Source: Spirochaetia bacterium | Lineage (GTDB): Bacteria; Spirochaetota; Spirochaetia; DSM-16054; Sediminispirochaetaceae | Direction: 5' to 3' | Assembly (NCBI GenBank): GCA_034520965.1 | Contig: JAXHMY010000009.1 | Coordinates: 1 to 64,000, forward strand | DNA: 64,000 nt | The notes under the pieces: generated by a model | Seen by the model: the letters and a program-made list of their open reading frames with translations, nothing else | The model's database searches: none | Told to the model about the DNA's origin: nothing | In this document: positions 1-12,511 of the stretch, piece by piece | Position numbering within the stretch: the first letter of the stretch is position 1 | Layout of the letters: every line of letters starts with the position of its first letter | Made by a program: the position numbers and the translations under genes

Positions 1-1179
1 GGTAATTTCATCGAGATTTTGTACATTTCCAGGTAGATATCCAATTTCTTCAAAACTAAGTTCATATAAAGAAATAACAATAGAATATAATAGATTACGA
101 ATGAAAGAAATATTTATAGAAGCAGAAACAACCGAGGATAAAAGCGTTTGAGTTCTAACACGTGCCTCGTTCCTATCTAGCTTAAAAGTGTGCTCAACAT
201 CCCGAATCGCTGCTATAATTTCTATACTATCTAATTTTGTCGGTTCAGGTATTGTAGCGTAAAATGCTAAGGGGTGCGAATGGAAAAATCTATAATTTAG
301 TGCTATTGAAGCTTCTTCCCAAGCAAAATGAGCCTCAGTAAGAATTTTGTGCACTTGACTACTACCTACACTAGGAAAATCTCCTAATTCCTTTACTATA
401 TCGACGAGAGTAGAACCAACACACGTGGCTATTTCTTGAACATCAGAATTGCTATAAGCATACACAAATATTGCAAATCCTTGGTCACGAACAAGAATAT
501 CTACAAAAGATGCCTTGTATCTATTTAGAAGCTGGGCCAGTCTGGACCTGACAATATCACGAAACAAGCAACCCTTATTACCAGCAAGCAGATATATCAC
601 CTTTGAAAATAATATAACATTTGATATTTATATTTAGTTCCTCTGCTACTTTAATTTAGCCTTTTCTTCACTATCAAATGTTTCTAAGGAGTCAGATACG
701 TGAAAAAAACTTCTAATGAAGTTTTTATTATTTTGTTGCATCTTACGCTTAAGACTTTGGTTCTGTACTTGAAGTTCTCTTGATTTATTTATGTTATAAT
801 GCATTTCATCAAGCTTCCTCACAGCACTTTGGAAAACAGAATACATGTGCTCATCGTCTATTGGTTTCAGAATAAGCTCAAAAGCTCCATAATGAAGAGC
901 CTTCTGTGCATATTCAAACTCATCATAAGCAGTTATCAAAATTACTACAGTTGTTGAGGAGTTCTCTTTTACAATGCGGGTTAGTTCAAGTCCATTAATT
1001 CTTGGCATACGAATATCTGTTACTATAATATCCGGATTAAAATCAATAAAAATTTTTTTAGCGGAAAGACCGTCTGTAGCCTCACCCACAATAGTGCATC
1101 CTAAACCTTTCCAGTTTACATTTTCTTTTAATGCTTGAAGAATGAGCGGTTTATCATCACAAATAAGAACTTTATACAT
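1..1179 (-). CDS. YesN-like two-component response regulator (receiver domain; frameshifted near 646, runs off the left edge)
   Basis: ORF 646..1179 MYKVLICDD...DIIVTDIRMP...TAYDEFEYAQKAL...KPID is a classic receiver; coding-like sequence continues to the window edge. Confidence 0.8.
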
Positions 1180-2929
1180 CTATCCCCTCATTGTACACTA
1201 ATGTAGCTGGTAATTTTAATATGCATTGTGTTCCTGTATTAGGGCTACTATTAATTTGCATCCCATAGGATGAACCATATAATGTTTTTATCCGCATCAA
1301 AACACTTCGTATTCCAAAACTATTCGATACTTTTTCATTTGCCATAGTATCTGAAAGTAAAATTTGTTTTATTTCTTTTTCATTTATCCCTTTACCATTA
1401 TCATATACGTTAATATAAAGTTTTCCGTCATATATCTCTGCTGTTATTTTTATTATACCAACAGCATTTGACTCTTCAATTCCATGGGTAATAGCATTTT
1501 CAATAAGCGGTTGAAGAATAAATCTCGGAACCCTGCATCTGCTTGCTACGGATTCTATATGATAAGTTATAAAAAATTTGTCACCTAGCATAACTTTTTG
1601 AATATTAAGATAGTTTTTCACATATTCTAACTCTTCAGAAGCGAAACAAACTCATCAAGTCTGAGCTTCTCCGTAACAGGATTCCGAGTGCGTGATGCAC
1701 ATGAGCGATGTCCTTATGTCTTTTGAGTTTTGCCATGCTACTTATAGATTCTAATACATTATATAGGAAATGTGGTCTCACTTTAGATTGAAGAGCGTTA
1801 TACTCAGCCTGCAGCAAACGGTACTCTGCTCGTTCTTTTTCGAGAATCGCCTCAGATTTCCTATTTATCGTTTCTTGCAGAGTATCCGTCATACGGTTAA
1901 ACGATAGTGCTAATTGACCAATCTCATCATAACTATGGGGTTCTATTCTTCGATCAAAATGTCCCTCTTCAATGAACTTAATATTGTCTATAAGTACCTT
2001 TATGCTCTTTGTAATAGTATGATTTATATAGAAACCATCAGATTCCTAATACAGAGAAGAAAAGAGAACCTAAAATCCAAGTTTTAACTTTATTTGGCAC
2101 TGACATAAGCCTCGTGGTGGAAATAAATTTGATAATATATAAACTACCGTCTTCTGACTGGCTAGAAAGTATTTGAAATTCTTCTCCATCAAGAGATACA
2201 GATTTCGACGGATATTTTGTTCCTGGGAGAAAATAACGTTGAGCTTCTCGTACAAATTTTTGGCCATCTGAGAAATCGAAAATGACCACTCCATAGGCAT
2301 TACACACAATAAGATTTTGTTTGAAATTTTCTTCTTGATGAAAAAGTAAGCTCGCGAGATATTTCTTCGAAAAACCAGCTATATAGAATCCTCTATACTT
2401 AAAATATTTTATACTATTTATTGGCTGAATCATATGGATAATATTCTGCTTTTCATCAAACTGAATAAATAACGGATCAATAATCCAATTGTTCTTGATA
2501 AGATTACTGTTCAACTTCATGAAGTCATATAATGGTATATCTTTAAAGTCATCTATAATTCCACGTTCATCAAAAAAAAATGTCTCATCGAGGTCTGAAA
2601 CATAATAAAAAGCTTCAGTTATGCCTGTTTTTGCATAAGAGTATATTTCGATTTGCCGTTGATATCTTTGAATTTCGGATATAGCTTATCAAAATCGATT
2701 AGATAGGAAAGAAATAAGTCCGCTCCATAATCATGTATTACCGTAGTCAAATCTCTAGCGATCTGATCCAAATACTGTTGAGTTAAGGTAATAGTTTGAT
2801 CATAAAGATTGTTTCTGAAAACCCAATAAAGTGCTGAGCTAATAAAAGAACTTGTGAATATTATTAAGCAATATAAGATATATAGATCTTATTACTAATA
2901 CTATTCCTTAAAAAATTAAAGCATTTCAT
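1172..2929 (-). CDS. YesM-like sensor histidine kinase (HAMP, His_kinase, HATPase), broken into several frames
   Basis: Fragments contain LQSKVRPHFLYNVLESI, ILQPLIENAITHG, DNGKG and FGIRSV; TM segments upstream; overlaps the regulator start. Confidence 0.8.
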
Positions 2930-3474
2930 TTACTATACCTAAAATTTTAGAGTTTTTTTCTTTTTTTTTCAAAATGGTGATGCTATAATGTCGCTCGTCA
3001 TACAAAGTTTTCTAGATTAGCTCAAGCTATTAGGATGAAACACCTACTATTGGTGTAATGAGTTATAATAACAACCAAAAACATCCATGATGAAAAGTAA
3101 TGCTGCTCTAAGAAGCCGAATATGTCAAGCATAAAATGACAGCATAAAATAGACTATTCAAAAGCAGCTAAGTAGAAAGTCATTTAATGGACTTTTCTAC
3201 TCCTGCCCTCCTATTTGAAGATAAGGCATTATGATGAGGAACAATTTATAACTCCCCCTACTTCACTATATTAGTAACAAAATCTGCTGAAAGCTTGCCA
3301 GTAATTTCAGTTGTTTCTGTGCAGTCAACGGAAAACCATTGCTCTATGGGCGGGTTTTAACTGTTTTACCGCACTCGAATGGAACAATGAGTGTTAAAAA
3401 CACCATATTTCATTGCACTGCTACTATATTGACCTCCTTAGGCTTCAAAAAAAGAAGTTTTTCAGGGTGGGACT

Positions 3475-3702
3475 ATGTCAAAAAAAAATTCTCCTCGTAG
3501 AAGGTGAAACCCTCATTGCAATGAATGAAGCCCAAATGCTCAAAAAGCATGGGTATGAGGTGGTAACCGTTTATAATGGTTAGAAGGCTATCGAGGCGGT
3601 AGACTCAGACCCCGAAATCTCTCTCATCCTCATGGACATCGACCTCGGAAAGGGGATGGACGGAACTGTAGCGGCCGAGGAAAAAAATCAGCATTGCACA
3701 TG
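3475..3702 (+). pseudogene. Truncated response-regulator receiver fragment
   Basis: Manual translation MSKKILLVEGETLIAM..GYEVVTVYNG*KAIEAVDSDPEISLILMDIDLGKGMDG, with an internal TAG and a frameshift, then abrupt end. Confidence 0.7.
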
Positions 3703-3857
3703 ATAGGTGAAATATATTGTTTAGGATAAGGGCCGTTATCGGCAAGGGCCTGGCTTAAGCTGGTTCTTTGGAAGAGAAACCGCAGTCATGCATGCTTAAG
3801 AGAAGGAATAATCAAGGTGTTTTGTCTTGATAAAATAAACTTTATTTGGAAGAAATA

Positions 3858-4800
3858 ATGAAAAAAAACATAATTTTATTATCAATTACGTTGATAGTCT
3901 TAGTCACAGGATGCAATTTGTTTATAAGCAGTTTGGTTATGAATGAGCTTGGAGAAGAAACATCGGAAAAGTAATCGACATAGCGGAGATACCCGGCGTA
4001 ACAGCACCGGCTATCGGTGAAACACCAGTAACAGAAATTACCGATACAGCTCAGTACACAGGAACCGTTTCATGGGAACCGGACGATGATCCTTTTGAGC
4101 ATGGAACTAAGTACACAGCGACGATTACGCTAACAGCCAAAGATGAGTATACTCTAAGTGGTGTAGAAGAAAACTTTTTCACTATTGATGGAACAGATTC
4201 CGTTTCAAATGACGCGGATTCAGGTGTGGTAACGGCGGTATTTCCGGCGACAAAATATGCCTTGGGTGATTTTGATATAGGCGACGATGGTCCTGCCAAT
4301 GGCATTATTTTTTGCGTTGATACAGCAGATGAACATGACTGGATATATCTTGAAGTAGCCCCTGCATCAACCGAGTGGACAGATAAAGAATGGGTGATTA
4401 TGGTACAGAAATAAGCGGCGACGCAGCTTTAACTGGTATTGGCGATGGGCAGGCAGCAACCACAGCCATTGTGCAGCATTTAGCAGACAATACAAGTGAA
4501 ACAGGCAGAGCTGCACAGCTTTGTGACGGCTTGAAGCATGAACATGAAGGAACAACATACAAAGACTGGTTTCTGCCGAGTAAGGATGAGCTGTATGCTA
4601 TATGGGACAATATAGTGGATGACGGCAGTGGAAGTAATAGTGGTGTTGGTGGGTTTGCCAATGAGGGCTATTGGTCGTCGTCCGAGCTAGATAGTGACTA
4701 CGCGTGGGGCCAGGTTTTTAGCAGCGCCTTGGGCGGCGGCTACCAGGACGGCGGCTATAAATCCAACGACGGGCGGGTTCGGGCTGTTCGGGCTTTTTGA
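3858..4800 (+). CDS. Lipoprotein: signal peptide II, Ig-like stalk, C-terminal DUF1566/Lcl C-type-lectin-like domain (two frameshifts near 3970 and 4392); candidate DGR target
   Basis: MKKNIILLSITLIVLVTGC lipobox; GVTAP..TAQYTGTVSW..YTATITLTAK stalk; IGDDGPANGIIF, DWFLPSKDEL, YWSSSE..AW..F..VRAVRAF*. Confidence 0.8.
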
Positions 4801-5117
4801 TCTAAGACGGTATTCTGTCAGAAGACTAACCGGGACACTTAGCTCAGTCAAATTATGTACTACAATTTTCATATTACATAAGTGGCAGTTATGTAATATG
4901 TTATATTTCTACTACTTCATCTATCTCTTTCATTTTCCTATCGGTTTCAGTAAGTGCAACTATTATTTTTTGGTAATGGAAGATATCATCAGTAGATAAA
5001 TCACTTTAGATAATTCCAAGCACCTTATGTAATCAATAAACTTTAAAGACATATTTGCCATTATCTTCCTGTTCAATAGATATATAGTCTATTCCAGATG
5101 TTTTATTCTACTTTTAT

Positions 5118-5146
5118 TTGACAAACATATTTAACAATACTATATT
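5118..5146 (+). promoter_or_regulatory. sigma70-like promoter
   Basis: TTGACA(5118)-17 nt-TATATT(5141). Confidence 0.55.
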
Positions 5147-5185
5147 TCTAACAGAAATCAAAGATGTTATTTAGTAATCAGTATT

Positions 5186-5250
5186 GGGCATGCTACCTAA
5201 TTTATATTGTGTGGTTTACTTTTAAATGGGTAGCACTGCCCTTTTTTTCT
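5186..5250 (+). terminator. Long hairpin followed by a T-run
   Basis: GGGCATGCTACCTAATTTA ... TAAATGGGTAGCACTGCCC TTTTTTT. Confidence 0.55.
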
Positions 5251-5312
5251 AAGAATTTATTATTCTCATCGTTTTTTTTCTAAATATTTCTAATTTTAAT
5301 TTAATATCATTT

Positions 5313-6842
5313 TTAGTCGATTGTTTTTATAATATCCAAAATTTTCTTATATGCATCATTGCTTACATCTATGGGAATAGCTCCCACACCCTTGATCTTT
5401 TGTTTTTTTAATATACTTTCTTTTGACAACAATTCTTTTTTTGGATATTCTTTTTGATAAAATGCGAACTTGCTTCCTGGATACAAAATCATTGCAATAT
5501 CAGCGCCATATATAGCATCTAAATAACTGTGCATTTTATCAATATCATTATACTTAAAATTAATATTTATCTTATCATCACTATCAATATTTGCGTTTTC
5601 ATTTAAATTCAAAGAATTTTTAAATTTCGCGTCAAGTAAATAGTATTTTTTGTTTTTTTGTATAGTGATATCAGGTCTAAAATTATGAGAATATGATTCT
5701 TTCCGGTTTTTACTAAAGGTTCGATTATATGATACCTTATAATTACTATTTTCAATTGTATATCCATATTGTATATTTTTTTCTTTCTTATTATATGCAG
5801 GATATATTAATTCCTTCATCAAATAGCATATTTGCCACTTTAAAGAAAGACCATAACTCAAATATTGTAGAAACTTTTTTTAGTCCAGATTTCTGATGAT
5901 ATTTTTCTATTTTTTTGAAAATACTAAAATGACCTTTTTTACTGTTTAGATAATGTAATAACATTTCCCTATATCCTGCTTTTGACAATAATACTGTAGA
6001 ATATTCAGGAAGCAAACTTAATTTTGGTAAATGGTTAAACATTGGATTGTAAAGAAATCTTTTTACTATATGACTTACTTTAATAGAATCATTATAAAGT
6101 TTTGTATTTGGAAAAGATGTTGCAATTAAATTACATGTATTATATATTTCCTCTAAGAAATATTTTATTAAAAGCATTTTCTTTTGTATCATAATTGTAT
6201 CTATGTTTGTTAATAACTTTCTCAGATAGATAATACTTTCCATTTTTGTTTTTGCCATAATTTATTTTACCTTTACTTATTTTCCTTTTTGTCGCCTTTA
6301 TATTTATTCTTCCTTTTTTGTTAGCACTAACCATTTGGTTATCGTTGTAAGACCTTTTATGAGGCTCATTAATTATTAGATTAAGAAATGTTTCAATGTT
6401 CTGTCCAATGGATAATCTAGTGATCTGTTTAATATTGAATCTCCACTATTGTTGCTAAAGAATAATTTTTATGCAGTAAATTCTTATAATAGTAGACAGG
6501 TGTATCATATTTAAAACTTATACTACTTATCTGCTTGTTAATTTCTTCAACAATTCTGGTATATTGATTTTCTCCTACATCATCTTCAATGAACTTGCTT
6601 GTTCTTAGGTCATAAGTTATATCAAATAGTTTTAAATAACCAACATAGTCTCTAATTCTAAGTTTAGCAAAATTATTTCCTGGTATATAATCAACCGCTT
6701 TATCTAAACTATTTTTGTACAATTCATCTATAATGCTTTTGCTTTTTTTATTTCTTAAATCGATGTAATACGTTTCATTTTCATATAAAATGTTATTTTC
6801 TATTGGTATTGATAGCTTTTTATCTTGGTATATTATTTGCAT
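5313..6842 (-). CDS. McrC-like DUF2357 + PD-(D/E)XK nuclease, split by frameshifts
   Basis: Fragments with YDTKEN, YREM, IFELWSFF and C-terminal RPDITI..YYLLDAKFK..DIDKMHSYLDAI..ILYPG; immediately downstream of the McrB-like gene. Confidence 0.75.
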
Positions 6843-6843
6843 A

Positions 6844-8450
6844 TTACTCGATATAGTTTGTGAATCCGTTTGCAAAAACATTTTTATACATTCTCTTTAG
6901 TTTTGCTATGCTTAGATGAAAATCCATTGTAGTTACTTCTTCAATATTATCGATACTAATATCTTCAAAATCAGTCGTTTTATCAGATAGATAGTAAATA
7001 AGCTCTTTTAAGGGCGCTTCAAGTTTGTTATACGTTCCATTTAATTTTGTAAGTATTTTCTGTAAAATTTGTTGGTCTAACGCTATAACTATAGTTTTTT
7101 CTTCACCGTCTACATATTTTATTGTGTTATTGATATATTTCGATATTTCATTTATTACTCTATAACCAAAATGTAAATTATTTTTTTTAAGAAGGGATAC
7201 GATTTCTTTTAGTTTTTCTTTTACTAAACTATCTGTTTCAATAAAATCATTTCTTGAGCAAGGGAGGCTTTACCAAATACAGGCATTTCATTCAAAACAA
7301 AATCACTTTTTTTTTCTTCAGACTGCGAATAATTATTCTCATATCCATCAATATCTACTTCATTAAATTCTAAAACATTTGCTCTATCCAAAACCTTTGG
7401 ACTAAACATATATGTGGTTTCATCTATATTTACCGTACCCGTAATGTACAAATTATCGGGTATATATATCTTTTCCACTTCTTCAATTAAAGAGTCATCG
7501 GCTTCAACAGGATTAGAATGAAGAGTTACAGGTTCTTGAACACTCTCTCCTTTATCGTTTAAGTATTTACTTTCCATAACGCTTAGAACATCGCTAAAAT
7601 AGTATTCTACCTTTGATAAATTCATTTCATCAAAAATCAAGAAATACGGTATATCAGAGTTTTCATTTGCTTCAAAAATAAATTTTAATATTTTTGTTAT
7701 ATGATATTTTCCAGAAAATGAGTCATAATATCCAAACACATCTGTTGCATCAACCCAATCGCTGCGAACTGATACAAAACACTGATTATTTAACTTCTTG
7801 CTTTCTAGTTCATTAGAGATCTGTAAAAAGTATTTATTTGTACTTTCACTTTGGCTTAATATTTTAAATGTATTTTCCTCTACTTTTTTTAGCAATAGTT
7901 TTGAGTTAACTGAATAATTTGTTCTAAAATAACTACGACTGTCAAATGTATCTTTATCAGTATTCTTTGATTTGAGCCTTATTCTCAAAAGTGGATTACT
8001 TGCTCTTTGTAAATATATTTGAATAGGTATTTTTTCATCGTCTTCTGTTACTAAAATTATTTTTTTTGGTTTAGTAATATTGTCTTCTTTACCCTCTTTT
8101 TTTAATGTCTCAATTCTTCTATCTATCTCTCCTAACTCTCGTTCATTATAAAGATTATCTCTATAGCGATATTGCATATTACCCCTTCCACCTCCATCAA
8201 TCATATTTTTTGTAATATTAATAACGACATCATCATCGTTAACAGTCTGTGATTGACTAAAAATGTCTATTAAAAACTTATTTATTATTGGTTGAAATAG
8301 TTGTGCAATCTTTGTTTTTCCTGTGCCAGATATTCCAGATAAAATAACGAATGGTTTTGTGTGTAGACTCAGACAGTATCTTGTTAATATTTCATCAGAA
8401 AAAAAGAAGCCATTCTCTTGATAAAAATCAAAAAACTTTTTTATATCCAT
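6844..8450 (-). CDS. McrB-like AAA+ GTPase (NxD type), frameshift near 7240
   Basis: Walker A GISGTGKT, VSVRSDW, Walker B FDEMNLSKVEYYFSD, GTVNIDETTYMFSPKVLDRAN; second frame HFGYRVINEI..QKILTKLNG..GFTNYIE*. Confidence 0.85.
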
Positions 8451-8463
8451 TATTTATCACCTC

Positions 8464-10352
8464 TTAATAACCTATAAATATATACTCGGAAACACTATTA
8501 TTATTGTTATTAATTTTATGTTTATGATTTCCAAAAGAATATTTGTAATCTAACTCTATTACTTCAACATGTTTTTTACTTTGGGCTAACAAATCTATCA
8601 TTTCTTCTAAACTAGGTAATGAATTCGATGAGTATGATATCAACAAAATACTATCAGTGTATTTCTTAAACAAATCACTAAAGGCGCTATAGGCACCAAC
8701 CTTTGATGAGAAAGGTGTTGGATAGTTTCTTATTTTCTTTGTTTTAGTCTCCCACTGAATTTCAACATCTTTCCAATCACAAGCTATTCCTTCAAGAAAA
8801 TGATATCTTCTTACGTATTCATTATCTGAATGTTTACTGTAATAGGGAGGGTCCATATATACTAAATCCGCATCAAAATTAAAATTCATAGCATTTTTAT
8901 TTACAGCAAAATTAGTGTTCTTATTATCAAAAACTGCAAAATTTAATGTTTTAACAGCTTCCATAAAATGTTCGCTTAAAGAAACCTTTAAATCTTTTCT
9001 ACCGTCATCATATTTATACCCAGTGTACGTAAAAATTCCTCTAGGTCTTTTTTTTAGACAGGCTCTCATTAAAGCTGCTTTTGCAATAGAAATTTCATAT
9101 TTATTATTTAGTTCTTTTATATTGGCTCTAATATTATCAATTATTGCATTATCGTAATCTTTAAAATATAAACCAGAAAAATTATTTTGAACAAAAAAAT
9201 CATTTTTTGTAGTGTTGCTACTCATCAATTCTTCTGCCATCTCTATTGGGAGTATATTATTGTTATTCTCTATCAAAGCAGTCGATATATGATAATTCAT
9301 TGACATATAGTCATTACTTATCACTTTCTTATTTTCAGTTTTGAATGCATAGCTTACAACTCCAGACCCTGAGAAAAGGTCTATTACACTTTCATATTGA
9401 AATTCTCTTGCGATTGATATGATATTTCCTATAATTTTTGATTTAGAACCCATAAAACGTGTCGGTGGATATTTCTTTAGTTGACTAGAAAGAGTAATAT
9501 TTTTATTAACTAGAAAAGACTTTCTGTAAGGATTGGCTGTAATAACAACATCTTCTCCAACTCTTTTCTTACCATGACTATTGATATTTCTTCTTGTAGA
9601 AAACACTTCCACTTTAATTTACTATATAATTCATGTACCAAAGGATGATTGGAGTTAGTCAGTACCACATAACATCCCATCTGATACATATCATCAACGA
9701 CTTTGGCCAGTTCAATATGGTCTTCTTTATAAAACTGCTCTTTTGTATATCTCTTAAAATCACTATATTTAGATACAGGAAGGTATGGAGGGTCTAAATA
9801 TATAAAATCTCCTTCAGTAGCATTTGAGTATAAAATTTTTTTATAATCATCACAATTAATACTAGTATTTTGTAGTAGATTAGACACAGCCCGTAAATTC
9901 TCTGCATCACAAATATTGGGATTTTTATATTTACCATATGGAACATTAAAAAAACCTTTACGATTCACTCGATACAAACCATTATAACATGTGCGATTAA
10001 GAAATATGGTTCTGGAAGCTTTTTCGATTTCATGTAAATTATTCTGGTTAATACTTCTAACTCTGTAATAGTATTCTTCACTATTTTCATGCTCATCTAA
10101 TAATTCAATAAGTTTTTCTACGTTGTAAGCAATTTGTTTGTAAACATTAACCAACTCAGGATTAGAATCAGATATGATAGACATTTGGGGTTGTAGAGCG
10201 AAAAACAATGCCCCTCCGCCAAAGAATGGTTCAAAATATGTATTATAACTCTCTGGCACTCTTGATAATAGGACATTAATTAGTTGTGTTTTACCACCAG
10301 CCCACTTAAGTGGTGGACGAACTTTAAGTTTTTTGCTCGCTATTGATAACAT
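8464..10352 (-). CDS. Fused two-domain D12-class m6A DNA methyltransferase (M.FokI/M.LlaI-like), frameshift near 9615
   Basis: Domain 1 LKWAGGK, EPFFGGG, YLDPPY; domain 2 RFMGSK, DLFSGSG, YMDPPY. The start of ORF 8464..9612 (EVFSTRRNIN..EDVVIT) is the normal Dam-family C-terminal tail of domain 1. Confidence 0.8.
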
Positions 10353-10789
10353 AATTCCCTATATTTTTCCATCTGAAAATTTATCTGCAATATTATATCT
10401 AATTACTTATTAAGATCGATTTTTTATCAAGTCTGTTATTACTATACCATAGAAACATACGTTTATAAATAGTAGTTTTCTTTTAGTATTAACAGGGAAC
10501 AGGTAGTGCTCCCTTTAAAGCCACCAAGAATCGTCGTAACTGTGTATAAATTTAAGCAATGCCTACAGTAATGAATGCTTTGATTATCTTTTGTAGATTG
10601 ATAGTAAAGGAAAAGCAAGTGACTATTATCTCTATTGCATTAATGTTAGTGCTTATTCATCTGAGGAACTATATAAAGTATTCGATAAACTCCATGAGAT
10701 TGCTCTTAGGAGATGAAAAGGTTTTCCAGAGTTAAGATCCATCTTCAAATTGACAGTTTTCGATAACGGTAATACAATGAAATAAAGAT

Positions 10790-11140
10790 ATGAAAAAGTT
10801 TCCACCTGATATAAAAAAATTCATCGAAAACAACAACTGGATATTTGCTAAGACATATGCCTCCACTTGGCCGCACTATTACATTGTAAGAGAGCAAGTT
10901 GACGGGAATCTATTCCTGAAGTTAGTCAGACATATTAGGACGTATGGATATGAGGGAAGGTTTTATCACTTAAAAATAACCTATTACGAAGAAGAGGGTA
11001 TGGTGTATTGGACAATGGTACCATCCCAAGGACATCCAAAATGGTATCCCCCGGAGGATGAGGATATAGTAAACCGCTGTCCAAAAGAAAGCACCTATGA
11101 GCACCGCTTAGCACATGGTACATTACCCAAGGATACTTGA
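10790..11140 (+). CDS. Conserved hypothetical protein
   Basis: 116-aa ORF, WIFAKTYA..WPHYY..YWTM motif. Confidence 0.6.
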   Translation: MKKFPPDIKKFIENNNWIFAKTYASTWPHYYIVREQVDGNLFLKLVRHIRTYGYEGRFYHLKITYYEEEGMVYWTMVPSQGHPKWYPPEDEDIVNRCPKESTYEHRLAHGTLPKDT

Positions 11141-11348
11141 TGAATAAACAAGAAGTAGATAAAACTTCCTGGAATGTATTCGATAATTGGAATTCTCCAC
11201 ACGTTCAGGATTATTCAGTTCACTGTCTGTTGTGAGAGCGGCTGTCTCTCGATAGAATGATTCCAGTACGAATGGGTGTCGATTCTTCATAACTCATCAT
11301 AAACAAAAATGTAGGCTACTCTCAAGAAAAGTTTTAATCTTTTCATAA

Positions 11349-12023
11349 CTACAAAACTCCCACAAAATCTAAAATCCTCTGTCTTTCCTTACACCCTTCC
11401 TTGTGTTCCAAAGGAGGAGAGTTATAGATCTCAACAGCCCTCCGCATTAGAGAGTGTACGCCCTCCCTCTCTAACGTGAAAGTCTTAGACTCAAAGAGCA
11501 TTGTAAACCCGTTCTCAGCAATATAGTATCCAACATTGGAAGTCTTTATTCCGGTAAAGGGCTCGTAATAAACCAATATAAGGTCTGAAACAGGGCTCAT
11601 GCCATTGTGTTCTGCTATCAAAGCATAGCCATTCAACTGTACCCTGTAAAGAGGCAACAACTCATCCTGACCATTCGTATACCGGGCAGTCTTATAGTCT
11701 ATGATTGCATAGGAGCCATCATCTTTTTGGATAATAGAATCAGGTACTCCAGTCAGTAGGACTCCCGTCTCCTCATCAAACCATTGAAACTGCTGAATAG
11801 AAGGAACTTTTACCGGCCGTCCCTGTATACCCAACCACGGAGGTACAATCCCATGCCTATTGTAGTATTCATCGGTAATCTTCTTTGAATAGCTGTCTAT
11901 CGAGCTGAATATTCCCGGAAAGACTTGATATGGTAATTTGAAAGACAGTTGTACCTTTATCTGAAAACATCTCTCGCAACTATCCAGTGCCAAATCTCCA
12001 AGGTGCTTTGCTGATATTCTCAT
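11349..12023 (-). CDS. PD-(D/E)XK nuclease (RecB/Cas4-like)
   Basis: LTGVPD..YAIIDYKT..QLNGY; N-terminal CERC. Confidence 0.8.
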   Translation of the reverse strand: MRISAKHLGDLALDSCERCFQIKVQLSFKLPYQVFPGIFSSIDSYSKKITDEYYNRHGIVPPWLGIQGRPVKVPSIQQFQWFDEETGVLLTGVPDSIIQKDDGSYAIIDYKTARYTNGQDELLPLYRVQLNGYALIAEHNGMSPVSDLILVYYEPFTGIKTSNVGYYIAENGFTMLFESKTFTLEREGVHSLMRRAVEIYNSPPLEHKEGCKERQRILDFVGVL

Positions 12024-12511
12024 AGTAGCCCTTTCTCCAAAAAGCTGTAGTAACCATCTTTAGTGAATATGATGTGGTCTAAAAGAGAGATCCCAATGAC
12101 TGTTCCTGCCTCATGAAGTCTTTGAGTAATCTCCTTATCTTCAGCTGATGGTTCTACATTCCCCGATGGATGGTTGTGAGCGATTATCACAGCCACTGCA
12201 TTCTGACTTATAGCCTTCCTATAGACTTCTCTCGGGTGGATAATCGTCCTATTTACCAAGCCTCTACTGATCACATTCCTCTTTATAGGTACATGGGCTC
12301 CATCTAAGGTAATGGCAATAAAGTATTCCTGTTTCCTCTTTGAGTAGGTCTCAACCAAAGGAAGAATATCAGCGGGATATCTTATCCTCTGTACCTTCTC
12401 TTTATTTCGCCTTAGGTACTCCATTCCCAATACATAGGGACTGTATTCTGATTGCTCCATCAGTTGGAGCAATTCCTGATCTGAGACATCCTTTAGGCTG
12501 ATACTTTCCAT
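12020..12511 (-). CDS. radC: RadC-like JAB domain protein
   Basis: QEYF..HPREV..AHNHPSG..PSAED..LLDHII. Confidence 0.9.
   Translation of the reverse strand: MESISLKDVSDQELLQLMEQSEYSPYVLGMEYLRRNKEKVQRIRYPADILPLVETYSKRKQEYFIAITLDGAHVPIKRNVISRGLVNRTIIHPREVYRKAISQNAVAVIIAHNHPSGNVEPSAEDKEITQRLHEAGTVIGISLLDHIIFTKDGYYSFLEKGLL

Noticed and set aside
8464..10352. Two separate methyltransferase genes
   Set aside because: The overlap region encodes the normal C-terminal tail of the first domain in the second frame, indicating one frameshifted fusion gene
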